64,000 nucleotides of DNA, from NCBI GenBank assembly GCA_965199955.1, contig CBDATQ010000002.1:96001-160000 (forward strand), given 5' to 3'. A program made the translations under genes and the position numbers. This document shows positions 9,736-18,996 of this stretch, one piece after another (the first letter of the stretch is position 1; each line of letters opens with the position of its first letter). The notes under the pieces are model-generated. The model was not told the DNA's origin. It saw nothing but the letters and a program-made list of their open reading frames with translations, and made no database searches. The stretch comes from Spirochaetia bacterium (GTDB lineage Bacteria > Spirochaetota > Spirochaetia > SZUA-6 > Bin103).

Positions 9736-10761
9736 ATGGTTGTGGTCCTGAGACTGCTTGCCGGGAGGCTGGGGATCTCCCTCCTTATTCTTGTCGGCGT
9801 GTCAATGCTGATCTTCGCGATCGCGAGGGTGATACCGGGAGATCCGGCTCGTATCGCGCTCGGTCCGAACGCGACAAAGGAACAGGTCGCTAACCTTCGC
9901 GAGGAACTCCGGCTCGACGAGCCCCTCTGGCGGCAGTACGCGCTGTTCGTGCGCGATCTCGCAGACGGAGAGCTGGGCACCTCGCTGTACACCAACAGGC
10001 CGGTAACCAAGGACATTGCCCAGTTCCTTCCGGCGACGCTAGAGCTGATCTTCATATCCGGCATCATGATGATTTGCGCCGGGCTGCCACTTGGTGCGCT
10101 GGCAGCAAAGAACCAGGGAGGACTGCTTGACAACGTGGTACGCGTTGTTTCGCTGCTCGGCGTCTCCGCACCGAGCTTCGTGTGGGCGGTTGCTCTCATG
10201 CTGCTGTTCGCGTTCTTCCTGCCGCTGTTTCCGATCGCCGGCAGGATCCATACGAGCCTCGAGGTTTCCCGCGTCACCGGATTCCTTCTTGTAGACACTC
10301 TGCTGGCAGGACGGTTCGATGCGTTCGTCAACGTTGCCTGGCACATCATCCTTCCGGCGTTCGCGCTGGCACTCTCCGGTATCGGACAGGCGGCGCGCCT
10401 CACGCGGGCGAATATGGCCGAGACATATGCAAGGCCCTACATCGAGATGGCTCGTTCCTACGGATTTCCGGAATGGCGAATCGCCGGGCGCTACGCATTT
10501 CGGCCGTCACTGATTCCGTCGCTGACCATCATCGGGCTGGATTTTGCGGCCATGCTCGGCAATGCATTCCTGGTGGAGGCCATTTTCGCCTGGCCCGGTC
10601 TATCGCGCTACGGCGTGGCGGTGATCTTGCGCAAGGATCTGAACGCAATCGTGGGAACCGTCCTGATCATTTCGGCAGCGTTTCTCATCGCCAATCTCGT
10701 CGTCGATCTCCTCATCGCACTACTCAATCCGCGCATCCGCAATGCTCGGGGCCGTCCGTGA
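9736..10761 (+). CDS. ABC permease (DppB-like)
   Basis: IPGDPARIALG, YIEMARSYG, LNPRIR. Confidence 0.92.
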   Translation: MVVVLRLLAGRLGISLLILVGVSMLIFAIARVIPGDPARIALGPNATKEQVANLREELRLDEPLWRQYALFVRDLADGELGTSLYTNRPVTKDIAQFLPATLELIFISGIMMICAGLPLGALAAKNQGGLLDNVVRVVSLLGVSAPSFVWAVALMLLFAFFLPLFPIAGRIHTSLEVSRVTGFLLVDTLLAGRFDAFVNVAWHIILPAFALALSGIGQAARLTRANMAETYARPYIEMARSYGFPEWRIAGRYAFRPSLIPSLTIIGLDFAAMLGNAFLVEAIFAWPGLSRYGVAVILRKDLNAIVGTVLIISAAFLIANLVVDLLIALLNPRIRNARGRP

Positions 10762-11591
10762 AGCGCGCTCTTCACATCGTTCTTTCCCGCCCGCTGTCGA
10801 TCGCCGGTATCATTCTGATTGCAATCGTCGTTCTGTCCGCGCTGTTCGCCGACTTGCTTGCGCCGTTCCCCGATCACCGGGGTGCGGTCGTCGATTTCGC
10901 GAACTTCAACAACCCGCCGGGATGGCCGAACCTGATGGGCACGGATCTGGTCGGACGCGACCTGTTCAGCCGAATTCTCTATGCCTATCGGCTTTCGCTG
11001 ATTCTTGGTGTTGTGGTGTTGTCGCTGGCGGTTCCGCTCGGGGTCGCCGTGGGGCTGACGGCCGGGTATTCCGGAGGATGGGTGCGGTTTGTCCTGATGC
11101 GGGCGACGGACGTGTTCCTTTCCATTCCGCCGCTCGTGCTGGCGATGTCGATCATGGGGGTGCTCGAGCCGACCCTCATGAACGGGATGATCGCGGTGAC
11201 GGTGATGTGGTGGCCGTGGTACTCACGGCTCGTCTACAACATCACGCTGGCCGAGCGTGAGGAGGGCTACGTTCTCGCGGCCGAGATCATAGGCGCGTCG
11301 AAGTTCCACGTCATGTTCCGCGAGATCCTGCCCAATTGCGTGCCGGCGGTCATCACCAAGATGACGCTCGATCTCGGGTTCGTGATTCTCATCGCGTCGT
11401 CGCTGTCGTTCCTCGGCCTGGGTGTGCAGCCGCCGACGCCGGACCTGGGCTCGATGGTGGCGGAGGGTGCGAACTACCTTCCCGATTCCTGGTGGCTCAC
11501 GGTGTTCCCCGGCGTCGCGATCCTGGTTGCGGTGTTCGGATTCAACCTTCTCGGCGACACGCTGCGCGAGATATTGGGAACGGACCAATGA
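10758..11591 (+). CDS. ABC permease (DppC-like)
   Basis: GTG 10758 within ORF 10182..11591 (GTGA overlap). MGTDLVGRDLFSR, SLSFLGLG, FNLLGDTLRE. Confidence 0.9.
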   Translation: MKRALHIVLSRPLSIAGIILIAIVVLSALFADLLAPFPDHRGAVVDFANFNNPPGWPNLMGTDLVGRDLFSRILYAYRLSLILGVVVLSLAVPLGVAVGLTAGYSGGWVRFVLMRATDVFLSIPPLVLAMSIMGVLEPTLMNGMIAVTVMWWPWYSRLVYNITLAEREEGYVLAAEIIGASKFHVMFREILPNCVPAVITKMTLDLGFVILIASSLSFLGLGVQPPTPDLGSMVAEGANYLPDSWWLTVFPGVAILVAVFGFNLLGDTLREILGTDQ

Positions 11592-12469
11592 TGGGGTGTA
11601 CGCTTGACATTCGCGACCTTCGCCTGTCGTTCAGCGACCACACCGGGAGCACCGAGGTCCTGCATGGAATCTCGCTTCGCATCGCTCCCGAGGAGCGCGT
11701 CGCGCTGGTGGGGGAGTCGGGTTCCGGAAAGTCGGTAACGGCGCGCGCAGTCGTCGGCCTGCTCGATCGGACGGGCAGGGCGGCAATCTCGGGCACGATA
11801 CGGTTCGAGGGGACGGATTTGGCGGTGCTTGCGAGGGAGCGCCTCAGGGAGCTGCGCGGAACGCGGATCTCCATGATATTTCAGGACCCCGTCTCGTCGC
11901 TCAATCCGGTGTTCCGGATCGTGACGCAGTTCCGGGAGGTGCTCCGAAGGGTCGATCCCGCCATTCGCAAGGTAGAGGCGAAAAGCAGGGCTGAAGAAAT
12001 CCTGCGCGAGGTTTCGATCAGTGAACCGGGGCGGGTGCTGGAGTCGTTCCCGTTCCAACTGTCCGGGGGCATGAACCAGCGGGTGATGATCGCGATGGCG
12101 CTCGCCAACGAGCCGTCGCTCCTGATCGCCGACGAACCGGGCACCGCGCTCGACGTGACCGTGCAGGATCAGAGCCTGCGGCTCATGCAGCGGCTGGTCG
12201 AGAAACGCAAGGCCGCGCTGCTTCTCATCTCCCACAATCTCGGGATCGTGCGCGAATTCTCGGACCGGCTTTACGTGATCTATCGCGGGAGAATCGTCGA
12301 GGAAGGTGGTACCGGTGCCATTTTCGATGATCCGAAGCATGCCTATACGCGCGCGCTGCTTGCTGCCGTCCCTAGGATTACAAGCCGCGGGATCGCGGAT
12401 GTCCAGGACGATGCAGAGGCATTCCTGGCGCCTCGGGAAATCCACGATCCAGGACCGTCGGCGGCATGA
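11588..12469 (+). CDS. ABC ATP-binding protein (DppD-like)
   Basis: GESGSGKS, LSGGMNQR, LIADEP. ATG 11588 overlaps the upstream stop. Confidence 0.9.
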   Translation: MMGCTLDIRDLRLSFSDHTGSTEVLHGISLRIAPEERVALVGESGSGKSVTARAVVGLLDRTGRAAISGTIRFEGTDLAVLARERLRELRGTRISMIFQDPVSSLNPVFRIVTQFREVLRRVDPAIRKVEAKSRAEEILREVSISEPGRVLESFPFQLSGGMNQRVMIAMALANEPSLLIADEPGTALDVTVQDQSLRLMQRLVEKRKAALLLISHNLGIVREFSDRLYVIYRGRIVEEGGTGAIFDDPKHAYTRALLAAVPRITSRGIADVQDDAEAFLAPREIHDPGPSAA

Positions 12470-13272
12470 CGGACGTGCTTCTAAGAATGCGTGATGTCTC
12501 CCGAACGTTCCGGCATGGATCGTTTGCGGTCGAAGCTGTAAAGGACTTTACCATCGGGATCGCGCACCGGGAGTGCTTGGCGCTCGTCGGTGAGTCGGGG
12601 TCCGGAAAGAGCACCATCGCAAACATGATCTTGGGAGTGACCGCCCCGACATCCGGCAAAATCGTTCTCGACGGCGAGGTCCTGCCCGAGCGGCGCCGGC
12701 TGCGGCACCGGCGCCGAATGCAACTGGTTCAGCAGAATCCTCTGTCCGCTCTGAACTCGAAGAGGACGATAGGTGCCTCCCTGCGGCTGGCATTGGACGT
12801 GCACGGCATCGGCGAACGGGCGCAGCGCCGGGAACGAGTGGCGCGCCTGCTCGAAGAGGTGGGCCTCGAGCGGAAACTTGCTTCGCGGTATCCGGCCGCC
12901 CTTTCGGGCGGACAACAGCAACGGGTGGCCATCGCGAGAGCGCGCGCCTGCGACTCCGATCTGATCGTGTTGGACGAGCCGACATCCGCGCTCGACGTCA
13001 TCGTGCAGGCGCGAATACTCAAGCTTCTGAATACACTGCGCGAGCGCCGGGGACTGACGTACCTGTTCATCACCCACGACCTCGCCGTGGTGCGCAACAT
13101 CGCCGACCGGGTTGCCGTGCTGAACCGGGGCGAGCTTGTCGAGACCGGCGGCACCGAGGAGATCTTTCGCCGGCCGAAGCACCCGTACACGCGTACGCTC
13201 ATCGCGGCGTCGCCGGTGATCACGGAGGATGAACAGGAATTCCGCGACAGAATACGGAGCCAGGATGGTTGA
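12466..13272 (+). CDS. ABC ATP-binding protein (DppF-like)
   Basis: GESGSGKS, LSGGQQQR, VLDEPTSALD, HPYTRTL. Confidence 0.9.
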   Translation: MTDVLLRMRDVSRTFRHGSFAVEAVKDFTIGIAHRECLALVGESGSGKSTIANMILGVTAPTSGKIVLDGEVLPERRRLRHRRRMQLVQQNPLSALNSKRTIGASLRLALDVHGIGERAQRRERVARLLEEVGLERKLASRYPAALSGGQQQRVAIARARACDSDLIVLDEPTSALDVIVQARILKLLNTLRERRGLTYLFITHDLAVVRNIADRVAVLNRGELVETGGTEEIFRRPKHPYTRTLIAASPVITEDEQEFRDRIRSQDG

Positions 13273-13307
13273 CCGATGACATCGCTGGCGAATTCAGGAG
13301 AATCACC

Positions 13308-15383
13308 ATGAACAACTGGATCACGCGAGTCGCGACCGATGTGGGCGGGACGTTCACGGACCTGGTCAGGTTCGATATCGACCCCGAGTCGGGACAGTCG
13401 CGCGTAACCGCGGCCAAGACCTCGACCACGCCGCCGGACTTCGAACGTGGCGTTCTCGCGGTGCTGCGCAAGGCCGAGGTGCCGTTCGGCGAAATCACGT
13501 TTCTTGCCCACGGCACCACCCTCGTCATCAACGCGCTGACGGAGCGGAAAGGCGCAAAGGTCGGGCTGATCACGACGGAAGGGTTCCGGGACACGCTGGA
13601 AATCGGCCGCGGCAACCGGCCCGATTTCTTCAATCTCCATTACGAGAAGCCGAAACCGTTCGTCCCGCGGTATCTGCGACGGGAGCTTCCGGGAAGGATG
13701 AGCTACCGGGGAGAGGAGATGAGGCCGCTGGACTTGGCTCCCGTGGAAGGGATAATCGCCGATTTCCGCGCCGACGGCGTCGAGGCGGTCGCGATCTGCT
13801 TCCTCCATTCCTACGCCAACGCGGCCCACGAGCGCGCCGCCGAAGCGGAGGTCAGGCGGCTCTGGCCCGAGGTTCACGCCGTGTCATCGCACAACATTGC
13901 GCGAGAGTGGCGCGAATACGAACGCACGAGCACGACGGTCCTGTCCGCCTATGTCCAACCCGCCGCCGAGCGCTACCTCATGCGCCTGAGCGAAGGGCTG
14001 TCGAGCCAAGGTTTCAAGGGAAGTCCTTATGTGATGCAGTCCAACGGCGGAGTCGACTCGCTCGACGCAACAGCGCGGACGCCGATCACCATGATCGAAT
14101 CCGGACCGTCCTCGGGAGTCTGGGGAGCCGCCGAACTGGGGCGCTTGATCGGCGACCAGAGCATCATCGCGCTCGACATCGGTGGCACGACCGCCAAGTG
14201 TTCCTTGATCGACCACAGCAACATCAAGATCGTGACCGATTACTGGATCGAGCGGGACGGAACGTCGGCCGGCTACCCGGTGATGGTACCGGTGGTCGAC
14301 ATCGTCGAGATCGGAAACGGCGGTGGCTCGATCGCCTGGGTGGACGATGTCGGAAAGCTGCACGTCGGGCCACAGTCGGCCGGAGCCTCCCCGGGTCCGG
14401 CAGCCTACGGCATTGGCGGTAGGGAAGCGACCACGACCGACGCGAATCTGTGGCTGGGCAGGATCAACCGCGACTACTTCTGCGGCGTAGAAATGACTGC
14501 AGATATAGATGCGGTGGAAGATGTGCTGCGCGGCCTGGGCCGACGGCTGGGGCTCGGCGCGGATGAGGCGGCCGTCGGCATCGTGCGGATCGCGAACAAC
14601 AACATGGTCAACGCGCTCAAGTTGGTGTCGTTGAACCGGGGCTTCGATCCCAGGGACTTCACGCTCGTCGCATTCGGGGGCGGCGGCGGCATGCACGCGG
14701 TTGCACTTGCACGCGAGTTGGGCGTCTCCAAGGTGGTGATACCCGCCGATGCCGCCGTGTTTTCGGCTTGGGGCATGATGATGTCGGACCTGCGGCGCGA
14801 CTATGTCGTGACGCGGTTGGCGGATCTCGTTGCCGAGAACGCGACCGCCATCGAGAACACCCTCGCCGAGACTGAGGACGCGGCGCGGGCGCAGTTCCGG
14901 AGCGAAGGTGTCGATCCTGCACGGCTGTCGTTCAGGAGGTTCGGCAAGTTCCGTTACCAGAACCAGGAGAACACGACCGAAGTCGCGCTCGCCGATGGGG
15001 CTGTGACGCCACGTCGGATTGCCGAGATCAGGAGGGCGTTCGAAGCGGAGTACGAGCGCGAGTACACCTACCGCCTCGATGCCCCGGTGGAGATGGTCGG
15101 GATCCACGTCACGGCCACCGCGGAGGTGGGGCGCATGGCGATAAAGCGGAAGAGACCAGGCCGCGCCAGCGCCGACGAGGCACGAAAGTCCTCTCGCGAA
15201 GTCAACTTCGCGGAGGAGGGGGTGTTGGAGTCTGCGATCTACGATGGCAGGAAGCTCCTGCCCGGGATGCGCTTCCCCGGCCCGGCAATTGTCGAGGATG
15301 CCGCCTCCACAATCGTCGTCCATCAAGGCAATCAGGTCGAAGTCGATGGGTTTGGCAATATCGTCATTCGCATCCAATCATGA
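13308..15383 (+). CDS. Hydantoinase/oxoprolinase family subunit A (HyuA-like)
   Basis: DVGGTFTD, HGTTLVINAL, ESGPSSG, DIGGTT, FGGGGGMH. RBS AGGAG before ATG 13308. Confidence 0.93.
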   Translation: MNNWITRVATDVGGTFTDLVRFDIDPESGQSRVTAAKTSTTPPDFERGVLAVLRKAEVPFGEITFLAHGTTLVINALTERKGAKVGLITTEGFRDTLEIGRGNRPDFFNLHYEKPKPFVPRYLRRELPGRMSYRGEEMRPLDLAPVEGIIADFRADGVEAVAICFLHSYANAAHERAAEAEVRRLWPEVHAVSSHNIAREWREYERTSTTVLSAYVQPAAERYLMRLSEGLSSQGFKGSPYVMQSNGGVDSLDATARTPITMIESGPSSGVWGAAELGRLIGDQSIIALDIGGTTAKCSLIDHSNIKIVTDYWIERDGTSAGYPVMVPVVDIVEIGNGGGSIAWVDDVGKLHVGPQSAGASPGPAAYGIGGREATTTDANLWLGRINRDYFCGVEMTADIDAVEDVLRGLGRRLGLGADEAAVGIVRIANNNMVNALKLVSLNRGFDPRDFTLVAFGGGGGMHAVALARELGVSKVVIPADAAVFSAWGMMMSDLRRDYVVTRLADLVAENATAIENTLAETEDAARAQFRSEGVDPARLSFRRFGKFRYQNQENTTEVALADGAVTPRRIAEIRRAFEAEYEREYTYRLDAPVEMVGIHVTATAEVGRMAIKRKRPGRASADEARKSSREVNFAEEGVLESAIYDGRKLLPGMRFPGPAIVEDAASTIVVHQGNQVEVDGFGNIVIRIQS

Positions 15384-15394
15384 GGAGCAGGCTG

Positions 15395-17059
15395 ATGACC
15401 ATGCGACACCATGATCCGATCACGCTGGAAATCATCCAGAACTCCCTGCAGGCGGCCGCTGACGAGATGTTCGCGGCCATGCGCAAGACGGCGATGAGCT
15501 CGATCATTTACGAAGTGCTCGACATGGGTACCGGCATCACGGACGCGGAAGGGGAGATCGCGTCATCCGGCGCGGGAATTCCGGCGTTCGTCGGCGTTCT
15601 CGACAAATCCGTGAAGGCGGTAATCGCCAAGTTCGACAGGCCGGGCGATGTCGAGCCGGGCGACGTATTCGCGACCAACGATCCGTATTCCGGCGGCGTC
15701 ACCCATCTGAACGACATCGTCGTGATGACGCCGGTATTCCACGGCGGCAACCTGATTGCCTGGACCGCGAACATCGCCCACAACTCGGATGTTGGTGGAA
15801 TGGCTCCGGGGTCACTGACCGGAGAGGCGACCTCCATCTTCCAAGAAGGCCTGCGGCTGCCGGCGATCAAGCTCATCGCGCGCGGCCAGACGATTGAGCC
15901 GGTGATGCAGGTAATCAAGATCAACTCGCGAATGCCGGACGTGCTCGAGGGCGACGTCTGGGCCGCGATCGCCTCGGTCAGGGTCGGAGCAAGGAGAGTC
16001 GAGTCCCTTGCCGAGAAGTACGGTACCGACACGTTTACGGCTGCCATCGAGTCGTTTATGGACGCCGGGGAGAAAGCATCGCTGAACGCACTTGCGAAGC
16101 TCCCTGCGGGGACGTTTGAGCTGTCAGAGGAACAGGACAACGGCCAGGTCTACAACGTCGGGATCACGATCGCCGAGGACCGGTTCACGGTCGATGTGCG
16201 CGACAATCCCGACCAGCTTGACGGCCCGCTGAACACGAGCCGCGACGGGGTCATGGTTGCCGCGCAAATGATCTTCAAGTCGCTGACCGATCCGTACTCT
16301 CCCGCGAACGGGGGATCGTTCCGGCCGCTGGAATTGCTGACCCGCAGCGGATCGGTGTTCGATGCCCGAGAACCGGCCCCGCTCGGTTTTTACTACGAGA
16401 TCGAGCTGCGCGCGTACGACCTGATGTGGCGGTGCTTGGCGAGACACATGCCAGAGCGCTTGGCCGCGGGACACTTCGCGTCGGTGTGCGGCACGTTCAT
16501 CGGCGGCATCCATCCGGATACCGGACGCCAGTACACGGTGATCGAGCCGCAGCTCGGCGGCTGGGGTGCGAGCAGGGGCGGCGATGGCAACACCGCGATG
16601 TTCTGCGGGTTTCACGGGGAAACCTACAACTGCCCGGCGGAGATCAACGAGGCGCGGAACGGGTTGATTGTCGAGCGGATGGCGCTGAATACGGAGCCGG
16701 GCGGCGAAGGCAGGCACTCGGGCGGCCGCGGAATCGTGCTGGACTACAGGGTGCGAGCTGATGACGGGTTTCTCACTGCGGGCTACACCCGGTCGAAATT
16801 TCCGCCGTGGGGCGTGGACGGGGGACGCGACGGCTCGCCGAACTACATCGAGTTCATCCCCAACGAGGGCGAGCGGCAGCGGTTCTCCCACGTGTCCGGA
16901 CTGGCGACGAAGAAGGACGACGTGATTCGCCTGTTCACGGCTAGTGGCGGCGGCTGGGGCGATCCGCGGGAGCGGGATCCCAAGCTTGTTCGAGCCGATG
17001 TCCGCAACGGTCTGATTTCGCCTGAGCGCGCGCGAGAGGTGTTCGGCGTCGAAGTTTGA
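15395..17059 (+). CDS. Hydantoinase B/oxoprolinase family subunit (HyuB-like), copy 1
   Basis: DPITLEII, NDPYSGGVTHLND, HNSDVGG, FQEGLRLP, GGGWGDP. Confidence 0.93.
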   Translation: MTMRHHDPITLEIIQNSLQAAADEMFAAMRKTAMSSIIYEVLDMGTGITDAEGEIASSGAGIPAFVGVLDKSVKAVIAKFDRPGDVEPGDVFATNDPYSGGVTHLNDIVVMTPVFHGGNLIAWTANIAHNSDVGGMAPGSLTGEATSIFQEGLRLPAIKLIARGQTIEPVMQVIKINSRMPDVLEGDVWAAIASVRVGARRVESLAEKYGTDTFTAAIESFMDAGEKASLNALAKLPAGTFELSEEQDNGQVYNVGITIAEDRFTVDVRDNPDQLDGPLNTSRDGVMVAAQMIFKSLTDPYSPANGGSFRPLELLTRSGSVFDAREPAPLGFYYEIELRAYDLMWRCLARHMPERLAAGHFASVCGTFIGGIHPDTGRQYTVIEPQLGGWGASRGGDGNTAMFCGFHGETYNCPAEINEARNGLIVERMALNTEPGGEGRHSGGRGIVLDYRVRADDGFLTAGYTRSKFPPWGVDGGRDGSPNYIEFIPNEGERQRFSHVSGLATKKDDVIRLFTASGGGWGDPRERDPKLVRADVRNGLISPERAREVFGVEV

Positions 17060-17090
17060 GAGCGCTGGCGACAACCAGCGAGGAGGATAA

Positions 17091-17280
17091 ATGTCAATCA
17101 CGGGGGATGGCGCGCGACGTCAAGCAGCCGGGTACGGATGTCGAGCTTGGCGTCAACGAGTTTCAGGCCGATCACGATCGGACGGAGCGGCTGCTTACCG
17201 AATCCGGCAGGAGGGCGATCGAATCGGCGACGGTAACGTATTCGGCAACCGGGTCGTCGTTGGTGCGGGATAGCTGGTGA
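17091..17280 (+). pseudogene. Probable relic of a hydantoin (Asp/Glu) racemase family gene
   Basis: Strong RBS GAGGAGG before ATG 17091, but that frame looks uninformative. A second frame reads ELGVNEFQADHDRTERLLTESGRRAIE, resembling the segment preceding DGAEVIxLGC in hydantoin racemases. Confidence 0.45.
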
Positions 17281-17317
17281 GTTTCCGGATTTGTGGCGCG
17301 ATTGAAGAATACTGGCG

Positions 17318-18901
17318 ATGGCTGGTGGCGGCGCGGATCCCGTTACGCTGACCGTCATCCGGGCCGGCATCAGCGCCGCCGCCGAGGAGATGTTCGCAAC
17401 GTTGCGGAAGACTGCGATGAGTCCGATCATCTACGAAGTTCTGGACGTCGGGACCGGCGTGACGGACGACGCGGGTAACCTCGCTGATTCCGGTGCGGGG
17501 ATTCCCACGTTCGTGGGCGTGATCGACAAGGCAGTGCAGCGCATCATTGAACTCGCGAGGAATGAGCCGATTGTCGAAGGCGACATGTTCGTCACCAATG
17601 ATCCAGATTTCGGTGGGGTGACTCACCTGAACGATGTCGTGATAGCAATGCCGGTGTTCCATGCGGGCGAGCGCTTCGCGTGGACAGCTTCGATAGGTCA
17701 CTGGAGTGACGTCGGCGGAATGACGCCGGGATCGATGTCGACGAATGCTGTGGAGATCCATCAGGAAGGGATCAGGCTGCCGGCGGTCAAGTTGTTCGAG
17801 GCCGGTCGCAGGGTGGACGCGATATTCGACATCATCAAGACCAACTCCAGAGTTCCGGACATGGCGCTTGGCGACCTTTGGGCACAGGTGTCGGCATCTC
17901 GACGAGCGGGTCGCCGGCTCGAACGCCTTGCGGAGAACTACGGAGCCGATGGGTTCAGGGAAGCTGTTTCGGACATGTTCGAGGAGGGGGAGCTGCGTGC
18001 GCGCCGGGGACTGGGAAGCCTTCCGGCGGGAACCTACAGGATTGCGGAAGAGCAGGACGACGGCGCGGTCTGGAACGCACAGATTCGGATTTCGCAGGAG
18101 GAATTCGAAGTCGACCTGAGGGATAACCCGCAGCAGCGGGCGAGCCCGTACAATACCAGTCGCGACGGGGCGGTGGTCTCGGCACAGATGATATTCAAGG
18201 CTCTGACGGATTCCGGCCGCTTCGCGAATGCCGGATCGTTCCGGCCCCTGAGGGTGCTGACCAGGCCGGGATCGGTGTTTCATGCCGGGGGAAACGCGCC
18301 TCACGGCTACTACTTCGAGACGAGAATCAGGCTCTACGACATGCTCTGGCGTTGCATGGCGAGTGCCTTTCCGGACCGGCTGCCGGCGGGAAGTTTCGGA
18401 TCGATCTGCGCCACGGTGCTGGTCGGGAAGCATCCCGATACCGGCAGGACATTCGCCATGGTCGAGCCGCAGATGGGCGGATGGGGAGCGACGCCGCACC
18501 GGGACGGGGTCGATTGCATGTATTCGGCCAGTCACGGCGAGACGTTCAACTGCCCGGTCGAGATCTGTGAGGCGAGGTACGGGCTGGAGATCGGTTGGAG
18601 GAAGCTGGGCGATCCCGGCGGACCGGGGCTGCATCGCGGCGGCCGGGGCATGTCGACTTCATTGCGGCTACGGGGGCCGGCGGTGCTCGCGGCCGGCTAC
18701 AGTTGCCACCGCAAGCGAGTCTGGGGTCTGAACGGCGGCGCCCCAGGTGGCTACAACCGGCTGACCGTGATCAGGCAAGGCGAGATCCGCGAGAGCCATG
18801 CGTTCGTCAGCGACCTGAGACTGCAAGCCGGCGAGGAGGTCCTGATCGAAACCGCAAGCGGGGGTAGCTGGGGAACGCCGGAGTTGGGGAACGAGGCCTG
18901 A
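17318..18901 (+). CDS. Hydantoinase B/oxoprolinase family subunit, copy 2
   Basis: DPVTLTVI, NDPDFGGVTHLND, HWSDVGG, HQEGIRLP, SGGSWG. Clear paralog of copy 1 lacking its C-terminal tail. Confidence 0.92.
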   Translation: MAGGGADPVTLTVIRAGISAAAEEMFATLRKTAMSPIIYEVLDVGTGVTDDAGNLADSGAGIPTFVGVIDKAVQRIIELARNEPIVEGDMFVTNDPDFGGVTHLNDVVIAMPVFHAGERFAWTASIGHWSDVGGMTPGSMSTNAVEIHQEGIRLPAVKLFEAGRRVDAIFDIIKTNSRVPDMALGDLWAQVSASRRAGRRLERLAENYGADGFREAVSDMFEEGELRARRGLGSLPAGTYRIAEEQDDGAVWNAQIRISQEEFEVDLRDNPQQRASPYNTSRDGAVVSAQMIFKALTDSGRFANAGSFRPLRVLTRPGSVFHAGGNAPHGYYFETRIRLYDMLWRCMASAFPDRLPAGSFGSICATVLVGKHPDTGRTFAMVEPQMGGWGATPHRDGVDCMYSASHGETFNCPVEICEARYGLEIGWRKLGDPGGPGLHRGGRGMSTSLRLRGPAVLAAGYSCHRKRVWGLNGGAPGGYNRLTVIRQGEIRESHAFVSDLRLQAGEEVLIETASGGSWGTPELGNEA

Positions 18902-18996
18902 GACGAAGGAGCGGGCCGCTGAGTGCGTCAGCGTCTTGACAGCTCGCAATGCGCCCTCAAAGATGGCCGTCTAACCCTGCGCTCTGGAGGTCCGAG

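Noticed and set aside
12930..12950. Odd substitutions in conserved motifs (ARARA for ARALA here; PWRL for PWLL in the 3752 permease)
   Set aside because: Isolated single-base changes that cannot be separated from sequencing error or tolerated variation without reads.
7316..18912. Possible att-like direct repeat at island ends (GAGGCTGAGGCCGGA vs GAGGCCTGAGACGAA)
   Set aside because: Too short and mismatched for GC-rich DNA; no integrase or tRNA nearby.
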